From: Paragordius varius
Taxonomy: Eukaryota; Animalia; Nematomorpha
Assembly: GCA_964247055.1 (NCBI GenBank)
Contig: OZ176050.1
Span: 9,362,001 to 9,426,000 of the forward strand
Direction: 5' to 3'
Length of the DNA stretch: 64,000 nt
Shown piece by piece: positions 10,619 through 23,581 of the stretch (positions are counted from its first letter, which is position 1; each line of letters opens with the position of its first letter). The translations under genes and the position numbers were made by a program. Below the pieces are notes generated by a model. The model did no database searches. It had not been told where the DNA came from and was given only the letters and a program-made list of their open reading frames with translations.

Positions 10619-13198
10619 TAGGGTGACCAGACGTCCCGCTTTTTCACACTTTGTCCCGCGTCCCGCTACGTTTTTGATATGTCCCGCTTTTTCACGATCA
10701 TATAAAAAATTTTTTAAATACATTTAAATTTTTTTATTAAATTTTTTTTCCGTATTAATTTTTTATCATTAGTTATCTTTAAAATCTATATCAATTTTAA
10801 ATTATTTTTTTTATTTTTAAAAAAATATTTATTTTTTTAAATATATATCATATGATTATACACTTTGCTTCCTACTCCTACTGCCAACATTATCAAAAAG
10901 ACAAATTAATACCACAAATCGGTAACTTATACGTTTACTCCAGAAAATTAAGGTAATAAAATATTTTTTTATACTAATATTTTAGTTATATTACCTGCCA
11001 ACATTATCAAAAAGACAAATTAATACCATAAATCGGTAATTCCTACGTTTACTCCAGAAAATTAAGGTAATAATATTAGTTTAAAAATATGAGATCAAAA
11101 AGAGGTTGTAAATTCAACGATGAAATAATGAAGGAATTTCCTTTTATCAAAAAAACGAAGAGTGAATCATTTGTTTGTACTTTATGTTATGCGAGGGGGG
11201 ATTTCCTCTGGCACATGGCGGCAAGCATATTACAAAGCATATAGGTTCACAGATACATAAAAAATGTTTAGATATGACTGCATCATCTTACAAAATGAGC
11301 GATTTTTATCGAAAAACTGCTTTTGGAGAGGAAGAAAAGAATTTGGCACTAGCCGAAGGAGTTTTATCTTTTCACGCCGTTAATCACAATCATTCCTTTA
11401 AATATATGGATTGCACCTCACAGGTTATTCGTACTTTATTCAATAAAAAATTTACATGTGCCCGTATAAAGGCTGAAGCCATTGTATGCAATGCCCTTTC
11501 GCCACATTCATTATAAAAAGATTTGGTGAAAATTAATTTCATATCGTTATACTCTGATGCATCTAATCACAATGAAACAAAATTTACCACCTAAATAAGA
11601 TATTTTGATCCATAAACTGGAGTAAAAATTAAAATTTAAGATTTTATTTCGCTACCCGGTGAAAATTCCGACATAATTTTTACTTCAATAATAAAAAATC
11701 TAGAAAATAATAAAAAAGACAAAATCATCGCATATTGCGCTGACAACATCAATAAGAACTTCGGTGGAAAAGCAAGGAGGGGAACAAAAAATATTTATCA
11801 TAAATTAGCAGATAATCTAATCAAAACATTATTGGCGTTGGGTGTGCAGCGCATATAATATACAACGCTATTCAAACAGCTGCTGATTTGTTACCCCTAG
11901 ATGTGGAAAATGTAGTTGTTAAAATATATTCCTATTTATATATGTACACGGTACGCGTTGAAACGCTTAAGTAATTCTGTGAAAAAGCAGAAATTCAATA
12001 TCAAAAAATGCATGGATATTGTAAAACTCGTTGGTAGCTCTTCTGCCAGCTATCGAAAGAATTTTAAAAATGTATGATCCTTTAAAATCCTATTTTTTTA
12101 TCACAGGACAAATGCCCTACAACTTTGGAAAAGTTTTTTGAAAGTGATTCTTTAAAAATATGGTTAGAGTTGCTACATAATCAAGCTTCTCTCTTTCAGA
12201 ATGTTATTAAATTGATAGAGGTGACAAAATTTCGGCAATCGATGTAGCCAATGAAGTTAGTAACCTAAAATTCCAATGAAAGATAGGTTAGAAAATAATT
12301 TTATAACATTAACCATCCGCAATATTGTAAATAATTTATAAAAATAAGGCTTAATAAATCGCCAAGATATCCTGTACCATATAAAAATGTTTTATACAAA
12401 CTGTAATGAAATTGATCATTTTTGGATAACATTCCAACCAGAATATAATTGGTGCGATGTTCAAAAATCATTTGATTACATCTGCATCTCCCAAAAAGTA
12501 ATCGTTCTGAAAATAATCTTTTTTTCTGAAGTATCATTAGTTAAAAATATATTAATAAAAAAACTTAAATTATGGGCAACAGAAAAAAATACAGTAGAAA
12601 AGAAATGGTTTTTTTATCATTTTGAAACAAACTATGTTTCATACATTAATATTTTAAAAATTGTGGAATTTGCACTATCTTTACCTGGAACCAACGCTGC
12701 TACTGAGCACACAGTAAATCAGGTGTCATCGGAAAAATTTAAATGTTGAACTTTAAAGGCCATTTTATCTGCCACATATAATTTGACAAATTCTTGTGAC
12801 TCATACAATATTTTAAAAAATTATGACAATCTGCTAAAACGCATTCACTCAAATAATAAAAAAATTTTATGTTAAAAAATAAAAAAAATTACATAAAATA
12901 TTGTATAAGTCTTCATAATTTGTCAAATTATAGAACACATAAAATGGCTTTTAAAGTTTTAACATTTAAATTTGATTTTTCCGTGTCCACACTTGATTTA
13001 CTGTGGAAAAACGCGTTCAATAGCGGTTCCAGATAAAGATAATGCAATACAATTTTTAAAATATTATTAAATTGTATATAGTTTTAAAAATGATTATTTC
13101 CATTTCTATTCTACTGTATTTTTTTCTGTTGCCCATAATTTAAGTTTTCATTATCAATATATTTATATAATAATGATACTTCAGAAAAAAGTATCATT
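10619..13198 (+). mobile_element. hAT transposon copy A (TAGGGTGACCA terminus), right end missing
   Basis: Left TIR TAGGGTGACCAGACGTCCCG at 10619. Colinear with copy B (13955) through subterminal repeats, transposase and 3' region until about 13198. No TGGTCACC right TIR found for this copy. Confidence 0.88.
11089..12865 (+). pseudogene. hAT transposase pseudogene (copy A)
   Basis: Starts at ATG 11089 (MRSKRGCKFND), with a BED-like CxxC..HGG..KH region, SFHAVNHNHSF, YSDASNH and the C-terminal LSLPGTNAATE dimerisation motif. Many stops and frameshifts. Confidence 0.88.
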
Positions 13199-14416
13199 TC
13201 AATATTCTATAATGCTATCATAATTTCATTGCAAACAAGCGCCCTTGTACATTTTCTTTCCGATATCAATCAAATACATACATACCAACAGACATGTAAA
13301 TTAATTCATTTTTCGCCATTAAACACCATGGCCAATGATACTTACGTTACTAGAGTTTAAATGCAAAAAACTATTCATTTATAGTCTATAATTGCTACCT
13401 CTTTTAATACGTCCGTATTTAATCTTTTTATTACCATAAACTATAACCATAAGAAACCAATAATTCAAAGTTTAAAATAGATTTAAACTACTAATTTTGC
13501 AAAGTCCTATTTTTAATATTCGTAGTAGTGAGCATGAACATTACATTTAAACGATATCTATAGACTCAGTTTTATTGAATCAATATTTCCCCCGGAAAAG
13601 CGAATTCTACTTTCTGTAAAATCTACGTTTTAACCAAATTTTGGGATAAAAATCTTTGATTAAAATATAAAGTGGTAAAATATTTTAATACGTAGAATTA
13701 TATAGAAAAAGTGTTTGTACTATATCATTAAATAATCTTTGGCCTACCTATAATTTTGGGTATTTAATGGTAGCTTAACACCTCTTTACAGTAGTGTTGA
13801 TGGTTATAATTAGTTCTATTATGATAGAGTAAATAAAAATTGAGCGTAATGGTCCAGCAAATACTGACTATAATAAAAAAATGGCGTTGGATTTTGCCGT
13901 AATACTTTAAAATTCTATAAAACAATTATTGACTAAAAATAGATCACGTATAGGTAAGGTGACCAGACGTCCCGCTTTTTCACACTTTGTCCCGCGTCCC
14001 GCTACGTTTTTAAAATGTCCCGCTTTTTCACGATTATATAAAAAAATTTTTTTTAATACAAATAAATTTTTTTATCCGTTTATATTTTTTATCAAATATC
14101 TTTAAAATCTATTCAATTTTAAATTAAAATTCTATATTTTTAAATTAAAATATTTATTTTCTTCGAATTTATATCATATGATTATACATTTTGCCTCCTA
14201 GTACTAACAAATCGGTACCTTACACGTTTATTCCAGAAAAAATATATTTATTATACTAATATTTTAGATTACTTGCCAACATTATTAAAAAGCCAAATTA
14301 ATACCACAAATCGGTAGCTTAAGAGACAAATTGATACCACAAATCGGTACCTTACACGTTTATTCCAGAAAATTAAGGTAATATAATATTTATTATACTA
14401 ATAGTAGTTTATAAAT

Positions 14417-17331
14417 ATGAGCACAAAAAGAGGTTGTAAATTCAACGATGAATTAATGAAAGCCTTTTATCAAAAAAACGAAGAATGAATCATTTGTTAA
14501 ATGTCTTATATGCGAGGGGGAATTCACACTAGCACATGGCGGCAAGCATGATATTACAAAGCATATGGAAACACAGAAACATAAAAAATATTTAGATATG
14601 GGGGCATCATCTTACAAAATGAGCGATTTTTTTCGAAAAACCGCTTTTGGAGAGGAAATTTGGCACTATAGCTGAGGGCGTGTTATCTTTTCACGCCGTT
14701 AATCACAATCATTCCTTTAGATCTATGGACTGTACCTCACAGGTTATTCGCACCTTATTCAATAAAAAATTTACATGTACCCGTACAAGGGCTGAAGCCA
14801 TTGACAATGTCCTTTCGCCACATGCATTTTCTGAAATACAAAAAGATTTACTGAAAATTTATTTCATATCGCTATACTTTGATGCATCTCACAAGGAAAC
14901 AAAATTATTTCCCACTTTAATAAGATATTTTGATCCAGAAACTGGAGTAATTAAAATTTTAGATTTTATTTAGCTACCCGGTGTAAATTCCGACATAAGT
15001 TATACTTCAATAACACTAGTCGACAAATTTGGACATTTTTAAGCACCACCACTCAAACTTTTTAAATTATGACTAATTTCAGTGTTCTAAAACCGAATTT
15101 GAAAAAAATTTTTGATCCCGCCAATCAGAATTTTGAAATTTTATAGGTTTTTCAATTTTTCAAAAACAAGTAATCGTGAGAAAATTAAATATAACTTTAT
15201 AATAAAATGTTATTATATTATAAACTTAATATCATTTAATAAAGCGTTTTAAACTCTATCTTTTGAATATAAATATGTCATTTAAATATCAGAGAGAAAA
15301 AAATAGTACGGACTTAAACGTCAAAATTTAAACTTTTTCTTCAAGTGAATTTTTAACACATATAAATTTTTTTTAAAAAAATACTAAAAAAGGCATTCTA
15401 TGGTTTAAATAGGCTTTCAGATAGGCTATATTTTTTTTGTTAGATTTCGTTCTTTCGAGTACTTATTAGACTTTTTCTCTTGAGTTATAAAAAATCCTTT
15501 ATTTATACCTTGTGGATATATCTTATTTTTTTAAAATTATTGGTTGTTTTGTATTTTGAATTTCAGATGGATGTTGTGTAGCCACTTTTAGTAGAATTTA
15601 CTGTTATGGGGTTGGACCATTTTTATTTACCTAATTTATATTCAATTTAATTGTATTTATCTAACTTTATTCTGTAAATTGGTTAATTTGACATGTCAAT
15701 TTGCCTGGATTTCGCTTGCAAGTCTCTCTTATCGGACTTTACGATTACTTATTGTTATCTTTGCCACATCTGGCATAATTATAGGATCGCTTGGGGGATA
15801 TGCAGAGCTTGTGCAGCCGCCCGGATCTATCACACTATACTAAGCCCTTTTAGATTTTTAATACTTTGGCTCTTAGCTTGTTTATTATCTTATTTAATGC
15901 TTAGAATTTGTTATCCATGCATGAAAAATTACTTGTATCGACTTGTTTGAATATTTAAACATATGTACACGAGGAATGATTGTTATTTTTGAATTAAATA
16001 CAAATTTAAAAATTAAATTTTGGAAAAATCATATTGGTGGTCTCAATTTTCTTTTTTGTTTTGGCCTATCCATGCCATTAGGTATCAGAAAATGCAAAAA
16101 TAATGGGGTGGTGCAAAACCTTGTTGGGCAGTGTAATGAATATTTTAGAAAATAATAATTTAAAAGGCAAAATCATCGAATATTGCGCTGATACCATTAC
16201 GAACCTCGGTGGAAAAGCAAGGAGGGGAACAAAAAATATTTTTCATAAATTACAGATAATCTTAATCAAAGCATTATTGGCGTTGGGTGTGCAGCGCATT
16301 TACACAACGCTATTCAAACAGCTACTGATTTGTTACCCCTAGATGTGGAAAATTTAGTTATTAAAATATATATCTTTTTTATATATACACGGTACGCGTT
16401 GAAACGCTTAAGAAATTCTGTGAAAATGCAGAAGTTCAATATTAAAAAATGCTTGGATATTGTAAAACTCGTTGGTTAGCTCTTCTTCCAGCTATCGAAG
16501 AATTTTAAAAATGTATGATCCTTTAATATCCTATTTTTTATCACAGGACAAATGTCCTACAACTTTGGAAAAGTTTTTTGAAAGTGATTCTTCAAAAATA
16601 TGGTTAGGTTCCTACATAATCAAGCTTCTCTCTTTCAAAATGTTATTAAATTGATAGAAGGTGACAAAATTTCGGCAATCGAATTAGTCAATTAAGTTAG
16701 AACTTAATTCCAATGTCAAGAAAGGTTAGAAAATAATGTTATACCATTAACCATCCGCAATATAAATAATTTAGAAAAACAAGGCTTAATAAATCGCCAA
16801 GATATCCTGTACCATATAAAAATGTTTTATACAAACTGTAAAGATTATTTGGAAGACTGGACGACGCAATTCAATGAAATTGATCATTTTTATTGGATAA
16901 CATAAAAACCATAATTTAATTGGTGCGATGTTCAAAAATCATTTGATTATATCTGTTCCCAAAAATTCTTAGTTAAAAGATATATTAATAATGAAAAACT
17001 TAAATTATGGACAAAAAAATATACAGTAGAAACGAAATGGTTGGAAATATTTCATCATTTTGAAGCCAACTATATTACATACAATAATATTTAAAAAATT
17101 GTGGATTCACTATCCTTACCTGGAACCAACGCTGCTACTGAGCGCGTTTTTTCCACAGTAAATCAGGTGTGGACATGGGAAAAATCAAATTTAAATGTTG
17201 AACCTTTTAAGGCCGTTTTATCTGTCAAATATAATTTGACAAATTCTTGTGAAAACTTCTACAATATTTTAAAAAATGATGACAATCTGCTAAAACGCCC
17301 TCACTCAAACAAAAAATATACCAAAGAATAA
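14417..17331 (+). pseudogene. hAT transposase pseudogene (copy B), interrupted by a nested element
   Basis: Runs from ATG 14417 (MSTKRGCKFND) to LSLPGTNAATERVFS...KYTKE stop at 17331. Frameshifted, and split by the 15014-16133 insertion. Confidence 0.9.
15014..16133. mobile_element. Non-autonomous CMC/Chapaev3-like element nested in the hAT copy B transposase
   Basis: Absent from the colinear copy A. Begins CACTAGTCGACAA and ends TTGTTGGGCAGTG (imperfect TIR, CACTA/CACTG termini), with a 3-bp duplication TAA at 15011-15013 and 16134-16136. The subgroup assignment relies on my recollection that Chapaev3 elements have TWA TSDs. Confidence 0.75.
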
Positions 17332-17672
17332 AATATATTTCTTATATTTATAAAGTTTTTATGTTAAAAAATAAACAAAATTACTTAAAATATTGTATAA
17401 GTCTTCATAATTTGTCAAATTATATTTGAACACAGAAAATGGCACTTATTCAACATTTAAATTTGATTTTCCTTACTTAATTTACTGTGGAAAAACGCGT
17501 TCAATAGCAGTGGTTCAGGTAAAGATAATGCAAATTCTAAAATTAAAATATTATTGTATGGAACATAATTTGTTTAAAAATGATTATTTTAACCATTTCT
17601 ATCCTACGTATTTTTTTCTGTTGCCCATATATTCAATATATTTATTTAATAATGAGACTTCATAAAAAAGTG

Positions 17673-18120
17673 TCATTACGCACCGTCTTGTCTTCCAAAT
17701 AATCGTTTCTATTTGTATAAAACATTTTATATTCTAACTATTCATTGAGTTTTGTTTTTCTGGATGCTTTATAATATTGCGATTAGGTAATGGTATAAAA
17801 TTATTTTCTAAACTTTTTCGACTTGGAATTTTGACCTTTGTCCTGTAATAAAAAATAGGATTCTAGGAGATCACATTTTTATAAATATTTCAATCGCTGG
17901 CAAAAGAGCTAACCAACAGTTCTACAATATCCAAGCATTTTAACATCTATATTTTTCACCAGGGGTAACAAATCAGTAGCTGTTTGAATAGCGTTGTGTA
18001 TCTACCAATAATGTTTTGATTAAGATTATTCGCTAAATTGTTAAAAATATTTTTTGTGCCGCTTCTTGCATCACCCAGCGCACTTTGTTATGATTTCGTC
18101 TCTATTATTTTTTTCTAGAA
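17673..18120 (-). repeat. Inverted, internally deleted fragment of the same hAT transposase inside copy B
   Basis: The reverse complement contains ACACAACGCTATTCAAACAGCTACTGATTTGTTACCCCT, AAATGCTTGGATATTGTA, TCCTATTTTTTAT and ATTTGGAAGAC in the same order as forward 16146-16870. Confidence 0.9.
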
Positions 18121-19621
18121 TATTTGAATAAGGTTCAAACAACCTGTAAGGTACAAATTTTTTTATATTTATAATGTATTTGTGTTAAAAATAAATAAAT
18201 ATTACAATAAATTTTTTGTATAAAAATTTTTGGTTGTACCCCCCAATGACCCCCCCCCCCCCTTCTCAGATTTGTCCCGATTTTTCCTTCAAATCTGGTC
18301 ACCTTACGTATAGGGTCTAAAATTTTTGGCACTCTAAAATAAAATGGATCATTGGCCTTACAAATATTTTCCTTTCATGAAAAAGTATTTGTTTGACCAA
18401 TTATGGGAAACAGGGCCATTTTTTGAGATAAAAAGTATGCCTTTTGCCACGTTTATTACCCAATGGTTAATTCAGCATAGTACCAGGATTGTAAATTTTT
18501 TTATACCATATCTTATATGCGTTATACGCGTTTGAATTTGACATATAAAGCTAAATGAAAATATAGTAAGATTCTAATCGAAAAATTTTGAGCATAAATA
18601 AAAAACATCCTCTGAGAGCTCAATATAAATTGCATTTTTATTAGTAATTACTTTTATTACGAGAATTGTAAGAACATGGTGACTTTGAAACAGTTTAAAA
18701 ATTGTGATATAACTTTTGACGGCAATAACGGACAATGTTTGTAATCAATCACTTACCTTTTTATAATGGAACATTGACTTTCCAGTTTATGACGAATGTA
18801 TTCGATTTTTATGATAATGATAATCCTAAAAAGCAGTTTCCAATTAATATATTTTATCAATATATTATATATTTTAGATTGGAAATGAATTAGGATTAAG
18901 ACATCTAATACATTCCTTAAACATATTGGAATTTTTTTAAAGTAATATCTTGATATCCCATATTAGTAGTAATAATTCCATAGAAAATAATACATAATCC
19001 CTATAAATTGAATTTTGTTGAAGTAATATTAATTGGATGTTACGCTTCAAGTCAAATTTTGGGGCCTCAAAATATGTTTTAATAGATGGTGCAAACTTTC
19101 CAGCTCAATGTCAAAAAAGGAATGTATTGATAATAGCACAATAAAATTCCATTTTAATATAAGATGCAATTTTTTGAAATTTAATTATTTGATAAGAACT
19201 AATTTTTATTCATGATATGTTTTGTTAAACATTTGTTTTAAAATTTTCATGAGTGATCCTTAAAATTTTCAGAAATTTTATCAGTTAGCTTATTTTGGAT
19301 GAGTGATGTGATTATTTCAATCATAAAAGTTAGTGACAAACCATAAAATCTAACGTTTTATATAAAAATTGATATTTTTTATGAAATACATTAATATTAA
19401 TAAAATTTAATAATCTATTTTAACTCGATTTTTGGGATTACTTTAAATTAAAAAATAAAAACTCATTTACCACTGTGATTATAATTTTGTTTATAAAAAT
19501 TATTGAATTATCGGGTTATCACATTTTTGGAATAGAATATTTTTAAACAGTTAATGCCCAAAAAGAAAAAATACATAATGACATGCAAATTATTCCTCAT
19601 CAAACGTTTTAATATATGTGT

Positions 19622-19650
<29 letters not shown>
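19622..19650. repeat. (TA)n microsatellite
   Basis: Uninterrupted TA run. Confidence 0.95.
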
Positions 19651-19655
<5 letters not shown>

Positions 19656-20554
19656 CTCATGAGTATTTTGAAATATTTTGATTTATGAAAAATGCTTTCT
19701 TTTCTAGTGCGATGACTTGTCATTTTTTCTTTTAAGGTGACATAATTCAATTTTTAACAGGTTTGTGCAAAAATTAAACTATAACACAATCTTCAGTTAT
19801 ATCAATTTATTTTTACCACAAAGATATTTTTTAAATAGGTTTATATACCGATATTATTTGTCGTTTCAATTGTGAGCTAAGGAAGTGGATCTCAAATAGA
19901 GGCGCCCCTCCATGAAGAGTGTAAAAAAATAAGGGGGGGGGGGGGGGGGTCTGTGTTAAAATATATATTTTGTATGTTACTAACTTATTTGATATTATAT
20001 ATATATAAACATTGTGTTGTTTTCACGATTATAATCCTAAATTGTCTGATAGTTTTATTATCAATTGAAATAACTTAAGGTTAATAGTATTTTAAAGGGT
20101 TAGGGCAGACATTCAAATTGTTTAAACCTTAATTTAAACAAAGGTATGGAAAGAGTTTTCAGAAACAAATTTGGTGGTAAAAATGGTGTGAACAAAAAAA
20201 GGTTTGAAACGACTAAAATTAATTATTCTTTTTTTATGGAGGCTCATTGAGTTCAGATAATAAGTTTATTAATATATAACCAATTTAATATAGTGTTATT
20301 TATATTTATTTCGTTCAATTACTCTTTATTTAAAGATTTTAAAAATAGTCATAGCATATTTCTCAATAGATTTACGTTTTTATGATTTTTTAGAGTAAAT
20401 GCAATCCTTTATTCAATTTGGATTGGACATGACAGAAATAGAGGCGAGATTATTCTTTATTATGTAAAACATTAAACATTTAATTAGGGTTGGCAGAATA
20501 TAAATCTAAGTAATTTATTGTACATTTATAAAAGTAAATTTAATATTATTAATT

Positions 20555-23536
20555 TTATGCCAAGCTCTGGACTGGTGGTGGAGGCGGTGGCGCCATATAT
20601 GACGAGGCTAAATTGTAAATAAAAAAAACATAATATTTTAAACATAAGATAAATAACACGTCCAATATTAACAATCGATGTAAAACATATTAGTATGCAT
20701 TTTATAGAACTTTTATTACTCTTTTAAATGATATATTACGAATGGGCATTTATTGTATATTTTCAAAAAAAACATTTTTTAGAATTCGGATAAAGAGGGC
20801 GCATACTCAAAAAAATAAAATACAAAATTCCTAAGTGGAATTATAATTTTTATTTCATATTTACTCTTAAAATAATAGTAAATATCAGAAAATGCAAAAA
20901 ACTCGAGTAGCAGAAAAATTTGTTGCCTAGTGTAATTATTGCTACTAATTAATATTTTTTTTAGAAAAACAATTTTTAACGAAACTAAAAATTGTTTAAA
21001 ATATAAATACCTTCGGATGATTGACCAGCAGCTGAATCCGAAGTAGCTCCAGAGGGAGGAGGAGGTGGTGGTGGGAAAATAGGAAAAGCTATTCAAATCA
21101 TTTAAATAATTAGTAATATATTTCAATATCCAAATTTTCCAAAAAATATTCTTAACATCCTAAATTACGCATAAATATCCAAATGCTTTATATAAACAAA
21201 ATAAAAAATGCGTTTTATTGTGTACCCATTTCAAAAAGTATGGAATTAAATACTGCTAAAAACTGTTCTTTATACAAAGATTGTCAAGTTTTGAAATTCA
21301 CTCTCTAGCATAGGTACAATTTCAATCTTAATGATCACACAAAATAATTTCTTTTAAACCAAAAGGGTAATTATATTACCAGTATTTGGAGCAGGATTAA
21401 TAGTAGGGGGTGGGGGAGGTGGATTGTAAATATTCATCCCAGATGGATTCATTAATTCCAGGGCGGAGGGTACAGGTCCCCCTAATGCATTGGGAGGGGG
21501 TGGAGGGAGTCCAGGTGGCCCAAACATTGGTGGCGGAGGCATGAATCCTAATAAAATTAAAGTTAAAGAAATAAAAATCAATCGCAATTAGGGGATTATA
21601 ATAAATTTTTTAGGCTATCAAAGTTATAAAAATGGTTCCTCTTGTCTTCATAAAAAGTTTAGCCAGCATTTTAACTTAATCTAAAATTTAACACAAAAAT
21701 TTTTTTTTCAGATATATTGATAAAAATTAGGAACATATTCGACATAATTTTCTAAAAAATAATGAGAAAAAAATAAATTAGGTCTTTTCTAGCTATAGAA
21801 GCATAATAAACAATATAAGATTCTAATTTTAGTGGAACCATCCTTTTATCCCAAAAGATTAAAATGCTAATAAAAACCCACTGTTAAAAACTATAATACC
21901 TCAAATCAACAGCGTTGCTAACTTAAAATCTATAAATTACCCATCATTGGAATCATTCCGAGCGGAGGGGTGGGCATCGCTCCGCCCAACGCAGCCGCTA
22001 TAGCGGAAGGTGGCGGCGGTGGAGGAGGCATAATGAATGGTCGATCAGCAAACATTTGATGAGGTCTTTCGGACAAGGTTAGCGGGTTTTGTGCGGCTAA
22101 CAAGCGTTCTAGTTTTATAACAAAAGCAGAAATTAATGTGTTGTCACAATTTTGACATATAATTGATTGCTCAAATTTACTGTATTCCTTATTTTGAAAC
22201 CCAAAAGAATAAGTTATATTTGAAAAATCAAGGTTTAAATATGGTGTAATCTTAAAAAAAAATTCACTTTTAGTTACGTTGTGTCTTTATAGTCATGTAT
22301 ATCATGATTTGTTTATATAAATCCCGTATAATTATTTTTAATCTTTTTATATATATGTAAACAATGCATATGCCATAATTTATATAATTTAAGGCTTTAA
22401 TATGTGCATATATAGAAAAATTCTCATAACAATATAATGAGTATGAACATAGCTACGCTTCATCATTGTATATAAAACATTTTATTTTAAAATATAAACA
22501 ACCGTTATAATACCTGCAGCAGTGCCATGCCTTTCCCCCTTTCCATCCTTTTTAAAAGCGTAGGAAATCGTGATGGCCCGATTACACAAATATTGACCAT
22601 TCATAGCTTCGATCGCGGCATCTGAAGCCTCAAAATTTGCAAAATTTATGAAGGCGAACCCCTTGGAATTACCAGAATCTGGATCGCGCATAATCTATTT
22701 ACATGCATCATTGAAGAAAATCAAAAATTATGGTAATACACCGAAAAATTATAAATTATCTTGGACTGTTATAAATTAAATTATTTTAACGTGTAAAATT
22801 ATTTTAATAAAGTTAGTGTTTGAATTAATTAAATATTTATCGTTAATTTACTTTACCAGAAAAATTAGAAAATATCACTCATATTAGAAACAATAATTGA
22901 AATGGCTTCTTAACACAATAAAAATTATATAATCTATTGCATCTAAGCTGAATCTTAATTTTTTATATAATAATATTTTGTTTCTTCTAAATAATGATAT
23001 ACTTTTGGGCTTTGTAAAATTATCCCGAATGCACTAAATGTGTCATACAACAATTTCTCATCGACTTCAGGATCCAAATTGCCAATAAATATGTTGGCTC
23101 CAACATCCAAACTTTTTTGATGCGCTGACGCTTTATTAACTCGAATAGGTTTGCCATAAAGTTTAATCATATTCATAATCTTTATGGCATAATCGGCATC
23201 GTCTTCGCCCAAAAACTCAACAAAGCCATAACCCTGATGAACTTGCGTTACCCGATCCTTTGGTAAATGAACCGATACTGTAATTTAAACAAAATAAATC
23301 GTTCATTTTCATAAATTAATTTTGAAAAAGTTTTATATGTTAAAAAAGATAGTAATACTTGCAACAATAGGATTTATATATAAGATACATAAAATATTTA
23401 AAAACGAAAAATAAATACCAACAGGTCCGGCTTGTTGAAATAATTCCCATAAAATAGATTCATTAACTCTTTCGTCTAAGCCCCCTACGTAAATAGTGGC
23501 TTCTTGATTGCGCTCAGTTGGAGGACCGGCTGCCAT
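20555..23536 (-). CDS. SF3B4: Splicing factor 3B subunit 4 (SAP49), ~346 aa, 7 exons
   Basis: Exons 23536-23419, 23277-23003, 22694-22514, 22108-21941, 21547-21380, 21088-21011, 20607-20555 (1041 nt). The product reads [74 protein letters not shown] and [17 protein letters not shown]: two RRMs plus a Pro-rich tail. Confidence 0.97.
20883..20935. mobile_element. Solo terminus of the Chapaev-like family in SF3B4 intron 6
   Basis: ATCAGAAAATGCAAAAA...TTTGTTGCCTAGTG followed by TAA. It shares a 17-nt subterminal block and the terminus/TAA pattern with 16084-16136. The reverse-complement end CACTAGGCAACAAATTT resembles 15014 CACTAGTCGACAAATTT. Confidence 0.55.
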
Positions 23537-23581
23537 ACGATAAAATTTTTAGGAATGAACACATAAAAGGTCCATCTTACC
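23537..23581. promoter_or_regulatory. Putative bidirectional promoter / shared 5' region of SF3B4 and RRP9
   Basis: Only 45 bp separate the divergent ATGs (23536 minus, 23582 plus). The promoter function is inferred from this geometry. Confidence 0.6.

Larger units (their letters stand above)
13955..18306 (+). mobile_element. hAT transposon copy B, both ends present
   Basis: 13-bp perfect TIRs TAAGGTGACCAGA (13955-13967) and TCTGGTCACCTTA (18294-18306), with a perfect 8-bp TSD CGTATAGG (13947-13954 and 18307-18314). Confidence 0.95.

Noticed and set aside
16081-16088. GGTATCAG, identical to the 8 bp preceding hAT copy A, as a possible second TSD
   Set aside because: Not adjacent to a hAT TIR. 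It lies inside the Chapaev-like subterminal block that also occurs at 20883.
21380-22108. SF3B4 exons 4 and 5 are both 168 nt, phase 1-1 and contain ALGG, suggesting exon duplication
   Set aside because: Similarity is limited to low-complexity Pro/Gly content, and exon 4 begins with the conserved ERLLAAQNP; equal length may be coincidence.
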